From positions 1,114,218-1,178,217 of the forward strand of contig CM082585.2 of the NCBI GenBank assembly GCA_040954595.2: DNA of 64,000 nt. The letters are read 5' to 3'. Position numbers and translations under genes: made by a program. This DNA comes from Balanoglossus misakiensis. Its lineage: Eukaryota; Animalia; Hemichordata. Below the pieces are notes generated by a model, which was not told where the DNA came from, made no database searches, and saw only the letters and a list, made by a program, of their open reading frames with translations. Of this stretch, positions 13,671-24,084 are shown one piece after another. The first letter of the stretch is position 1, and the number at the start of each line of letters is the position of its first letter.

Positions 13671-13978
13671 TTAAAGCCTCTAGAGCTGCCAAATTTCACA
13701 ATTTTTTTCTTTTCCACAGTAAAACCTTTCAAATCTATGGTGATGCATACCACGATAGCTAGCTGCATACTGTTTGTATGGAGGCTGATTTTAATAAAAT
13801 GGGTACGGCACCTGTTTAATACATTGCACGTTTAAATTGCAACATACAGCCACAATCAGGCATTGATGACATGTTCTTGTATCCCTATCAGTAAGCTTAA
13901 TTATTTCAATGTACCAATCTACGTCGGAAAATAAAATCTGAAAATAAATGCAAAAAGTGGCAGCTCTAGTGGCTTTAA
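13671..13978. mobile_element. TTAA-flanked Kolobok-like MITE
   Basis: ttaa|agcctctagagctgcca...tggcagctctagtggct|ttaa. Confidence 0.8.
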
Positions 13979-14077
13979 AGCACTGAAAGGTTCAGAGGAC
14001 TAACATTTTTCTGAAAATCCGTCTCCTAAGTGTGCACTACAATGGCAGTTTAATTGTTTTCAAAAATATCAACTTAC

Positions 14078-14257
14078 GCTCGCATTGGGGCACAAGTGGA
14101 CCCCAGACACCATCTGCTTGGCATTCCAATGAAGACACATTATTTATAAACTGATAGCCCTCAATGCATTGATAATAAGCAATGCCACCATACACTGTAC
14201 TGGTAACATTGGTAAGAATTCCATTGCTGCACTCAGGGGGTCCACCACATGTTATTC
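14078..14257 (-). CDS. uif-like exon, sushi/CCP2 (ITCGGPPECSNG...YYQCIEGYQF...LECQADGVWGPLVPQCE)
   Basis: Acceptor attttttag, donor gtaagt; 180 nt, phase 1 to 1. Not present in the ORF track. Confidence 0.9.
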
Positions 14258-14502
14258 CTAAAAAATAAACAACAAATTAGTGTCATTCAAGTTGTTGCTA
14301 ACAATAGATTCAAGAGACAAATTAAGTCTCTCTCATCACTGCACTTTTTTCATTAATTATCTTGGATACAAGACACCAGGCTAGGCATATTTGCATAGCT
14401 GGTACGACTTATACACGGCGAAAATGTTTTTTTTTTCCTGAAAGAGTGACCTCAAAGCTACAAAATTATGTAGATATCAGCTAGACCGGACATCCCCTTT
14501 AA

Positions 14503-14603
14503 CTACTGGATAACCGTCCGAGCATTGGAATGAGACAGAGACATCATACCTTCTATCTCTGTACTGGTCACCACGCCCTCACTAATCACAATTTCGGGAC
14601 AGT
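14503..14603 (-). pseudogene. uif-like exon, CCP1, frameshifted and truncated by a MITE; a cryptic donor could give a 54-nt in-frame mini-exon (14603-14550)
   Basis: Acceptor ttctgacag, then DCPEIVISEGVVTST. After a 2-nt shift (ACAGAGAT vs ACAGAT) the sushi sequence resumes as DRRYDVSVSFQCSDGY and stops at TTAA 14499-14502, where a MITE end begins. Confidence 0.75.
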
Positions 14604-14674
14604 CTGTCAGAACAAGGATCACAATGATAAGAATGCATGCAGACAAATACTTAAACTCATAAATGTCAGTTGTT

Positions 14675-14906
14675 TTAAAGTGAAGGGGTCGTCGCAATGC
14701 GTTTGTTTATAAACATTACAATTCATCCACAAATCCCTCAAATAAGATAATTCTTAGAATGAACGAAGCAGCTGACAGTATCCTAGACTGTCCATGACAG
14801 CAACTGAAGATCCTAGTAGGTCGTGGCTGTCTAATTTCAGGGATTTGTGGATGAATTGCAATGTTTATAAACAAACAAACGCAGTGCGACGACCCCATCA
14901 CTTTAT
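14675..14906. mobile_element. Kolobok-like MITE with ~60-bp TIRs
   Basis: ttaa|agtgaaggggtcgtcgcaatgcgtttgtttataaacattacaattcatccacaaatccct ... agggatttgtggatgaattgcaatgtttataaacaaac...tgcgacgaccccatcact|ttat. Confidence 0.75.
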
Positions 14907-15121
14907 TGAGTGTGATACAAGAGTGTTGCCATTCCTGTCAATGGTCCAAAATTGCATTGCAATTGTAAGAAATTACTGTCTCTGTTTTTCCAGCTCTTTG
15001 AAGTTTCGTAAAAATTCAAAAACATTTGCACCTTTCAATTAATGACTCTAAATCACAAGGAATAAAGGGAGAGTGTGTTTCTAAGAATTCTGTAACAACT
15101 TTTTCTGAAATGTTAGTAAGT

Positions 15122-15332
15122 TACTGTAAAACACTTTATTTTCGCGAGCAAGAGATTTTCGCGAAATACGCGAGAGCCAAAATAGCGTGAAAATAAAAAG
15201 TTGCGTAATTTTTTTGAAGATAAAGATGCAATGGATGAAATAAGAGAACGCGAAAATTAACACTGGCGAAACAGTGGCCTCTCTCGATGTCGCGAAAAAT
15301 TTCAACTCGTGAAAATAAAGTGTTTTACAGTA
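15122..15332. mobile_element. TA-flanked Tc1/mariner-type MITE (~200 bp); other copies at 15561-15759, 15802-16011, 21298-21493, with fragments at ~12313-12509 and ~19270-19315
   Basis: TA|CTGTAAAACACTTTATTTTC...GAAAATAAAGTGTTTTACAG|TA with repeated TTCGCGA motifs; at least 6 related copies in the window. Confidence 0.8.
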
Positions 15333-15339
15333 TGTGTAC

Positions 15340-15523
15340 CTGGTGAAAATGAAGCCCTGAATCCTTTAGCTGGTCGTGTTCTACTACTCCTGAACACAAC
15401 CGAAAAGTGTCCAATGTCTGTACGGCAATCGGGTGGTGGCACAGTGCCATCAATGACTCCATCAGAATTGCCACTCCATGGACCAATAATGACATCATCA
15501 TCACTCTCAGTACCATTGTATAC
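15340..15523 (-). CDS. uif-like exon, CUB3 C-half (VYNGTESDD...FSVVFRSSRTRPAKGFRASFSP)
   Basis: Acceptor tttctgaag, donor CAG|gtacac; 184 nt, phase 0 to 1. Confidence 0.88.
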
Positions 15524-16176
15524 CTTCAGAAACAAAGACAATTTAAGCATGCATTGTAAATACCGTAAAACGGGAAATCTTCACAACAGGAAATTTTCGC
15601 GATATCAAAGGTGGCTACTGTTACGCGACAATTAATTTTCACATTGGCATATTTTACTGCATTGTTATCTCTGAAGCATTTTAAGCGACTTTTTATTTTC
15701 ATATTTTTTGGCTCTCACATAGTTTACGAAAATTTATCGTTCACGAAAATTTTATAGTATTCAATCCTTGTTGCATTTCCTGCTGTAACAGCTACTCAAC
15801 ATACTGTAAAATGGGAAATGTTCGCAAACAATAAATTTTCGCGATCTACGTGAGAGCCATCAAAACATGAAAATAAAAAGTTGCGTAAAAATGTTTTTCG
15901 GGGATAATGATGCAGTGAAATACAAGAACGTGAAAAGTTATTGTTGCATAACACTTGCCTCTTTTGATAACGCGAAAATTTCATGTTGCAAAAGTATCCC
16001 GTTTTACAGTATATATGTGATTAATTAAATTTCCAAATTGTGTTCCAAAGTTGTATAGTTTGAAGTAATGTCTGCCAAAATTGTCAAACTAAAATCACTG
16101 CAAAATAATATGACAAATTTTTTAATATGACAAATATTTTTAACATGGCTGACTCATGATCATATCTGATACTCAC

Positions 16177-16361
16177 AATGATGTAATCAACATCTGTGTT
16201 CCTCTCTAATCCAAAGTTCTCATCAAAGATAAGAGTTAATGGTCTTCCAGTTGGTTCCTTGATTAACCAGCTACACATAACATCATCAGGGTAAGTGCTA
16301 ACATCATACCCTGGTGACTGAATCGTGCCAAAACTACGCAGAATTTCAATTCCCTGGCAAC
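16177..16361 (-). CDS. uif-like exon, CUB3 N-half (GCQGIEILRSFGTIQSPGYDVSTYPDDVMCSWLIKEPTGRPLTLIF...)
   Basis: Acceptor ttctttaaag, donor gtgagt; 185 nt, phase 1 to 0. Confidence 0.9.
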
Positions 16362-16369
16362 CTTTAAAG

Positions 16370-17118
16370 AAACAAGTGACCTATCGGTCAAAAGAGCTCT
16401 GCTGACTTTAACAGTGAAACCTATAGCTGGGCAATGATATGAATACCCTAGGTTTTAATCATAACAATTGTATTCTATTAAACAAAACCAAACATAGACA
16501 TCACAAGTATTTAATATCCACATTTAGCCTGATTCATTGTGCTAAAGAAAGAAAGAATTTATTCCTAAAGAACAACATCAAAAGGAAGTACCAAGGTACT
16601 AATTTGCATATTCATGACCCGATCAAAATTCCAATAAAACAAAATCAGGTAGGGGCACCATAACACACATTCTACCAAATTTCAGCTCCATCGTACATGT
16701 AGTTAGGGAGAAGAAGATTTTTTACCAAAAATTATATTTTTAGATCTAATTTGCATATTCATGACCCGATCATATCCAAATTTATGAAATCAGGTAGGGG
16801 CACCATAACACACATTCCTGCCAAATTTCAGCTCAATCGTACATGTAGTTAGGGAGAAGAAAATGTTTGACCAACATTCTATTTTAGATCTAATTTGCAT
16901 ATTTATGACCCCATCAAATCCAAATTTACAAAATCAGGTAGGGGCACCATAACACACATTCCTACCAAATTATAGCTAAATATGCAATGTCGTTTTAACG
17001 AAGAAGATTGAAATACCGAAAGTTGACGGACGACGGACAACGGACGCCGGACGACAGACGGACACTTATCAACCTACTGCTACAGCTTGGCTGACACAAG
17101 TGACAGCCAAGCTAAAAA
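16370..17118 (+). mobile_element. Helentron-associated non-autonomous element (HINE/pearl-like) with three ~145-bp core repeats
   Basis: Starts aaacaag. Core repeats at 16599, 16746 and 16890, a GACG/GACA microsatellite at ~17024-17065, a 3' hairpin AGCTTGGCTG...CAGCCAAGCT (17084-17113), then an A-run. Confidence 0.75.
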
Positions 17119-17491
17119 TACCAAACAAGGAATAATGAATTCAATCCACAGGTTTGGTGTAATCCTGGCTGCCTTTTATTTTGTGCTAGGGGATCAAATC
17201 ACATAATAATTGCCTTCTGGATAAAAAGTCGTACGCGACAGAAGAAATGACTGTTAACTGTATATGACTTCCTTAGGTCAAACCTTTCTGTCGTTATACA
17301 TGTAGTTATCAAATTAAACTCATTTAACTTTTTTCACATTTTGTTATTTTTTCTGTTAAAAAGTTCCATAATGACCCAGTATCAGATTAGCTTATATTAT
17401 AAACTTCCAGAAAGAATGGCAAAAGAAGATAGATCTGTGATCCTTACAATTCTTACTGGGTTGAAATTCTTTGGGAATGATTTTAAGTGAT

Positions 17492-17848
17492 TTAAAGGGA
17501 CAAAGTTTCTCTCACTCGCTGCCCTTTTTCCATTAACTATGTTTGATACAAGACACTGTTTATGTTATTCTACATGTGGATATATAGTGAATCAACATTC
17601 AACCACGCACAACTTCCATCCCGTTTGTAGGATATGAGAGTAAAAATATTGCCAAAATGAATAAACGGTAGAGACCAATTATTCATTTTGGCGAGTTTTT
17701 TCACTCTTGTGTCTACAAGTGGGATGGAAGTTGTTTGTGGTCAAACGTTGTTTCAATATATATCCACATGTAGAATAACATAAACGCTGAATTGTATCAT
17801 CATAATTCCTGGAAAAAGGGTAGCGAGAGAGAGTGTTTGTCCCTTTAA
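17492..17848. mobile_element. fold-back (whole-element palindrome) TTAA Kolobok-like MITE; other copies at 18242-18525, 30140-30438, ~31227-31525, fragment at ~14310-14378
   Basis: ttaa|agggacaaagt...tttgtccct|ttaa, with arms complementary over ~170 bp around a central ggtagagacc. Confidence 0.85.
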
Positions 17849-17929
17849 AACATTGTTCTCTTGCATCATGAATCCTTGATTGCCTCTTCATTCAAACAAC
17901 GTCTTGATCAATTTGAATGCGTTACCTAC

Positions 17930-18131
17930 CTGCCCAGTAATGTACATGAAAACCTCTCATTGTAACTGCATCATCACTCTTAATGTCAACTCTCATCATA
18001 CTTTTGGAAGATATGATGACATTGGGTAACTCCATCCCAGAAAATAAAGCAAGTCTGAGGGCAGGATTCAGTTCAGCGCCATCGTATACAGACACTTGAT
18101 CAGCCCCATCTTCTGTTGCAAAGGAGATAAA
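17930..18131 (-). pseudogene. uif-like exon, CUB2 C-half (FISFATEDGADQVSVYDG...KSDDAVTMRGFHVHYWA) with broken acceptor
   Basis: Same 202-nt length and phases as the CUB1 C-half exon, but the acceptor reads ttttcCG instead of ttttcAG. Donor CAG|gtaggt is intact. Confidence 0.85.
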
Positions 18132-18890
18132 CGGAAAAGATATAAAAATAGAATCAAAGACACTTTGCTCCCATTTGATATGTACATTTAAATGTGACAT
18201 ACCGTACAATCATAGTGATCACAATTTCCTACACAAAACCATTAAGGGGCAAAGTCTCTCTCTCTCTCGCTGCCCCTTTTCCATTAATTATCGTTTGATT
18301 ATCGTTTATGTTATTCTAGATGTGGATATATAGTGAATCAACATTCCATCCCGCTTCATTTTGGGCGAGATTTTTACTCTCATATCCTAAAAATGGGATG
18401 GAAGGTGTGTGTGGTCGAATGTTGATTCACTATATATCCTCATGTAGAATAACATAAACGGTGTCTTGTATCAAACATAATTAATGGGAAAAGGGCAGCG
18501 AGAGAGAGAGACTTCGTCCCTATAAGGACACCTTTAGCATTGATGAGGTAATATAAGAATACATCTGATAAAGAATATTTTCACATCCCAATAAACCAAA
18601 ATCCAAAACAACTGGAAGAGCCGTTTCTGACATAAGTGGACTTTTGGACCAAAAATGTCTAAAACTACCCACCCCCCTCCTCCCCAGTATTGATATTTGT
18701 CACATGTTTATGTACACCATAATAACAAATATTGTAGGTCCTTGTAAACCAATTTTTAAGAAATCGGAAAAGTGACTACTGAGAATTGACCAGAAATGAC
18801 AAAAATAAAATGTATTTTTAAAAATATAATTACTATTTTTTGTCATGCTGTAAAACAACTCACACGATTAATTGCATCTGAATCCACTAC

Positions 18891-19042
18891 CTGTAAAGTG
18901 ACAACAAATTCTGTTGTGAATGATGCCAGCTGTCAGTTACAATCTTCATTGTTGAGATAATTCTTGCCTTCAAAATATTCTGTACTGCTGAGATTCTGTT
19001 TATATGACTTTGCTATGAAATTCCCACCACACAAAGAATACA
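18891..19042 (-). pseudogene. uif-like exon, CUB2 N-half with premature stop (VYSLCGGNFIAKSYKQNLSSTEYFEGKNYLNNEDCN*QLASFTTEFVVTLQ)
   Basis: Acceptor tttctttcag, donor CAG|gtagtg; 152 nt, phase 1 to 0. TGA at 18935-18933 replaces the conserved CUB Trp (C-x-W). Confidence 0.85.
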
Positions 19043-19335
19043 CTGAAAGAAAGAAGAAGTCATCTTAACAGAAACACTTCACAAACAGGACATCAGCAAG
19101 ATCACAGTCGAGGTAGGGCAAATATTGCCTACATGTGCAATCTATAATGTTATACCAGGTTCACGTAGGGTAAAATTCGAAACGTTTCAGAGACACTATT
19201 TGCCTAAGGTAAACACAGAGCATTAATGCTTTTAGTTGCCTTGTGTCCACACATGCAAAGTTTATGTGTAGTTCGCGAAAATTTATCGTTTGCGAAAATT
19301 TCCAGTTTTACATTATGTATAAAACTTGGTATTAC

Positions 19336-19537
19336 CTGCTTGCCAAGATGCTTCAAAGCCAGTAGCAGTATGCGAACTATCTGAGAGAAATTTCACCAAC
19401 ATTGCATTACCACTGCTAATAACTTCATCAGGCTGGTCCGGTCCACTGTATGTGGCAAGAACTTTGGATGGGTCAAACACAGACACCTCGACAATGACAA
19501 CAGTATCATGATAAAGTTCAGTGTCAAAATGTAGAAA
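19336..19537 (-). CDS. uif-like exon, CUB1 C-half (FLHFDTELYHDTV...MLVKFLSDSSHTATGFEASWQA)
   Basis: Acceptor tcttttcag, donor CAG|gtaata; 202 nt, phase 0 to 1. Confidence 0.9.
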
Positions 19538-19898
19538 CTGAAAAGAATAAAAAATGTCACAACACACATCATAAATAGTGAGCTGTCTCAAGCCAATATA
19601 CATGAAAATAAACACAGTTTCATGACTTAAGCCCCATTAGCTGTAACTTTTTGCATTTTTCAGTATTTCTATTCTGTGTATCAATTATAGTTTCTTGTTC
19701 AGCTACGCAGGGCAGAGTTAAATCCATAGTCTTAACTTCTCAACGAAACCTATGAGGGCACAATCGGCATTGTTGTTGTTTGAAAACATTCGTAAATAAT
19801 AACAACAGTCAGTACACATACACATGACTCGTTGACAAGCAGAGAGCTGGGTGTGATGGGTTACTCATGAGGAGAGGAACAAGAAAAAGTGTTTAATT

Positions 19899-20557
19899 TA
19901 AATAATAACACATGATAGCGAGGGCAATATCACGATTTGAAGCCTGCATGAGGGATGGTGATCTCTGACCATAATATTGATGATGCCCGAGCCGCAGGCG
20001 AGGGTATCATCAATATTTTGGTCAGAGATCACCAGCCCGAGGGCAGGCTTCAAATCGTGATGTTGCCCGAGCATAATGTGTTATTAATTTTATTACGCCG
20101 AACATTTGAACGTACATACACTGCAGCATGTAGCATGTAGACTCGCGTCCATATGTCGTACGTTGCTGAGAATGTAAAATGTCTCGATCTCCCAAGAATT
20201 ATACGATACCTACTTCGAACTTAGATTATTTTGAAAATACTGCGCTGTTGGTTGCGATTTTGGTGTATTTACTGCCCGTTTGCAGTAAAATATCATCCAG
20301 TAGAACAGGTGTTAAGCCTGTGTGTCGCTTTGAAGCCATATAGATGCGGGAGTTGACTGATCGTGAAGGAAGCCATTGAACGACAGTTTGGAACGCGCAG
20401 AAGTCGTGCCCAGAACACCAAAACAACCAAGTGGGCAATATCAGCGCACGCGACAGGGCTTTATCAACTCTAGCCATGTTATATCACTTTTTTTTCTATA
20501 TCACGTGAGCGCGTCTCAGCCAATCACGAAAACGGTATAATACGTGAGGTGTAATAA
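19899..20557 (+). mobile_element. non-autonomous element with long terminal hairpin and short internal inverted repeats (Crypton-like)
   Basis: ~185-bp imperfect palindrome 19901-20086 centred on GCC-GCA-GGC; TTATTACGCC at 20090 and GGTGTAATAA ending at 20557. The superfamily name comes from recollection of invertebrate Crypton-N elements. Confidence 0.55.
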
Positions 20558-20864
20558 ACACAAAACAAAATTACTGATAAACTAGCCTGAAGTTATAGAT
20601 AATGGCCCTTTAATTCAAAAGTTTACCAAAAATCATGTTTGTTATAAGGAAGAAAAAAATCAAATTATTTTTTTTTTAGTTGAAATGAATTTAAATCTAA
20701 TACATGTGTCTGGTTTTTTTTTAAAGTGTTTGTATGTCGAATGGACGGGAAAAGGTGTTTTGTATAGGCAGGTTTCCAGATTAGACAGAGTTAGTGGTTT
20801 ATGCAAGTTTTACTGTAAAAAATAACTGGTTTTGGAATTTGACAGTTTACAAGTGAGCACTTAC

Positions 20865-20986
20865 TCTGGATGTTGCAGGTCCCTGGATTGTCCAAATACA
20901 TTCTTGTAGAATGTAATAATTATCATCTGGGTATCCAGTGCTGTGAAAGGTCCCCGATTCACCAGTTTCCAAACCACCACATGTTC
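20865..20986 (-). CDS. uif-like exon, CUB1 N-half (TCGGLETGESGTFHSTGYPDDNYYILQECIWTIQGPATSR)
   Basis: Acceptor gatattcag, donor gtaagt; 122 nt, phase 1 to 0; CGG...S.GYP..Y....C.W.I motif. Confidence 0.88.
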
Positions 20987-21569
20987 CTGAATATCATTAA
21001 AATAAAAAGAAAGAGTATGTTTGTGTGATGAATGGTCATAAAGATTCAGCTCATCAAGTTGACGAAATTTCATTGATGATAAAATTACTTCACCAACAGT
21101 GAGTATCCAATGTACATGTATAAAACAATGTTTGTATTAGTATAAATCAAATGTAAAAATTTTGAAACGACATTTATCACACCCGAAAATTCCAAGAACC
21201 GCATATTATGATTCTCTAAGCTCAAACTATCAGTGTGACAGATGCCAGATTCTTAAAATACTTGGCCCAGTTTTGTTTCTGATTTATATTTATGACATAC
21301 TGTAAAACAGGAAATTTTTCATGATATCAAAAGTGGCAACAGTTATGCGATGATTGATTTTCGCATTCTCATATTTCACGGCATTGCTATCTTCGAAAAA
21401 CATTTTGACACAACTTGTTTATTTTCGCGTTTTTTTTGGCTCTCGCATAGTTCGCAAAAATGTATCGCTCGCGAAAATTTCCTGTTTACAGTACAAAATT
21501 CTTGGAGGATCAGACTTTCTGCTGACAGTTCAAAAGTAGTCTTTAGTTGCAAAGGAGATGATCATACAA

Positions 21570-23048
21570 TTAAACCACGATCGTGACGTCACACTATTCA
21601 ATAGACAAGTCATTCACTGAGAGAACCTCCGTCTCACACAAAACCACAGGTTTAAAACCAAGTCCCGGGTAGTTCTAGAACTACCTCCGGGGGTTCTAGA
21701 ACTACCGCAGGACTCAGTCTCACCTGTCGTAACAAAAATACAAATACACAATGCTTTATTTGCATAATTACATTTACTTCTATACCTGTATTCAAAGTAC
21801 ATTTCATTTGAATAGAGTAATTGTTATGTTAATTGAAAGCGAACTGGATATGCGACAGTCTCCGGATCATTTCATTCAATGCTTCACATTCACAGTTTTG
21901 TCTACTGACGTACAAAGCTAATGTCTTGGTGGCTCTCGAGAGTCTTCATAACATGATAATAAAAGTATAAAATAGACAAAAATCAATTCACCAGAAACAA
22001 ACTAACGTTGCAATAAATTAACTACAAATTTCTAGAAAATTATACTAAATCACATTATCCCCAGATTTGCTTGCATTACTCTAACCAGATGCTTCACTTC
22101 GATTTTGCTTCACTACCGACATGTAACAAGGTTGGCTGTTTTAGGCCTAAAACCCGCGTACCTTGCAAAATTCTGCTTACTTTTTGTTGCTGTTCACCAG
22201 ACGTGGGTTTGTAATGTCGGACGGATTCACTTCGGTATCAAGTCTTTTCGCAGATGAGTTACTCACCAATATCGCTACCATACAGACGTGTTGCCGCTGT
22301 GGCTCGTAGAGAGTGGTTCGTTCAAAAGCCAGGGAGGCCAATACACAGACGGGCAGTAGTACCATGTAGAGCATTGTTACCCGGTTTTTGCTTTACCAAC
22401 ATGTAGCCGCTTGTTTTCGCAGATGATATAGATCGGAACTACATGTATCTTCAGATCGATTTCATGGACATTTGAAGGAAAATAAAAAAAAAACGTGACA
22501 CTTACATGTAGGCCTTCTGCATTTGGCCTAGAAAATTTTCGCGTAAGCTTACCATGTGCACGCAAAACCCCAATAGCTGTAACGCTTCCCATAATACACT
22601 ACGTAACACACCTGTAAAGTTTAATTTGATGCAAATTAGTGTTTGAAATTAGCATATCACTCTGACACGTAAGCATGAACATTTAGAGTAACACCTGTCA
22701 AGCGTGGGCGATCTTGTAAGGCCCAGCAGGGCGGTCTAGAACTACCTGCCCACGACATGATTCATTTATAGGAAAAGGGGTGGCCAACCAAATTTCACAG
22801 TCAGCAATGAAGAATAAGCCTCTTTTGATAAGCTTTTGTTCGTTCATTTTATTGAATCGTTGAGTAAAACGACGTCTTTGTGGTACACGAAGCTCCAATG
22901 GTGACAATGTCTGTGGGGGGTCGTGGTTTAAGTTAGAGAACCACCTCCCCCTCAGTGGTTCTTGGTTTCCAATCGCCTCGGGCCTGCGGCCCTCGGCAAT
23001 TCGAAACCAAGAACCACCTCGGGGTCGGTGGTTCTCTATTACATAAAT
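21570..23048 (-). mobile_element. second hairpin-terminated non-autonomous element (Crypton-like), opposite orientation
   Basis: Inverted pair TTAAACCACGA (21570) / TCGTGGTTTAA (22921); ~105-bp palindrome 22934-23038 centred on GCC-TGC-GGC; internal tctagaactacc repeats. Confidence 0.5.
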
Positions 23049-23240
23049 AGTCTAAAAGAAATTGTTAAGTAAACATAACCATACAATTAATGAGTGGAAT
23101 TATCTAGCGACAACTGGCCTCAATTTTGAATTTCAAATATAACACCATTCTGCACCCAAGGAGACATCACATGATCTGATCCCCCTTGTTTAACTTTTAG
23201 TGGTGAGCTCTTCCAAGTATATCTTGTATTGCTTAGGGGA

Positions 23241-23540
23241 CTCTAACTCTTTCTCCTTCCCTCCCTTCCACCCCCTCCCCCTCCCTCTCTAGCTCTCTCC
23301 CTCCCCTCTCCCGCCCTCTCCCTCCCCTCTCCCGCCCCTCTCCCTCCCTCCCACCCCTCTCTAGCTCTCTCTCCCTCCCTACCCCCCTCTACCCCTCCCT
23401 CTCCCTCTAGTTCTCTCTCCCCCTCTCCCATACTACCACCCTCCCTCCCTCCCTCCCTGTCACTCTCCAGCTCTCTCTCCGTCCCCTCTCACTCTCCCCT
23501 CCCAGCCTCTCCCTCCCGCTCTTTTGCACACACTCTCTCT
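23241..23540. repeat. CT-rich polypyrimidine low-complexity tract
   Basis: Nearly pure C/T on the + strand (ccctccctct...). Confidence 0.9.
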
Positions 23541-23635
23541 TAGTATATATATTGGGAGGTGACTACAGCAGTGCGAGAAAAGTAAAGACCTGATGCGAGT
23601 AAGGGAAGATTCTAGCTGATTTGAATCAGACTTAC

Positions 23636-23851
23636 CTTCAGCACAAGCTGCTACTTCACACATTGACAGACTGACATCATCACATCTTGCATGATACAAT
23701 GGGTAATTATTTTCAAAGAGGTTTAACCTCACACATTGCCCAGTGGAGGCATCAGGTTCTGTGTCTGCCCATCGACCATCAAAGACACTACCTTTCCTGC
23801 CATCTGAATAATCATATTCCACACTGCCATCTCGATTGGGTCCACTAAATC
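23636..23851 (-). CDS. uif-like exon, CLECT C-terminal half (WADTEPD...QCV...RCDDVSLSMCEVAACAEG)
   Basis: Acceptor attttatag, donor AAG|gtaagt; 216 nt, phase 1 to 1; EPD motif and conserved cysteines. Confidence 0.9.
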
Positions 23852-23887
23852 CTATAAAATGGAAATAAAGAAAGAAGATGCATACAG

Positions 23888-24084
23888 CAGTGTTTCATCC
23901 AGGATGGGGGGGGGGGGGGATATGTCCCCCTTTGCTTGAATAGTTGCACTCTTGCAAGGAGGGGAATGAGTGACATCGCTGAGTCTGTAAGGGGCACCAT
24001 TTCCCCCTTGACAAATTTCTAGGGGGGTGCCAACATGCTGACAGTGGGCGAATTCCCTCATCCCTCCATCTGGATGAAAAACTG
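23888..24084. mobile_element. small TIR element with 7-bp target-site duplication (hAT- or P-like)
   Basis: CATACAG|CAGTGTTTCATCCAG...CTGGATGAAAAACTG|CATACAG. Confidence 0.75.

Noticed and set aside
23243-23431. G/E/R-rich ORF
   Set aside because: Translation of the CT-rich low-complexity tract.
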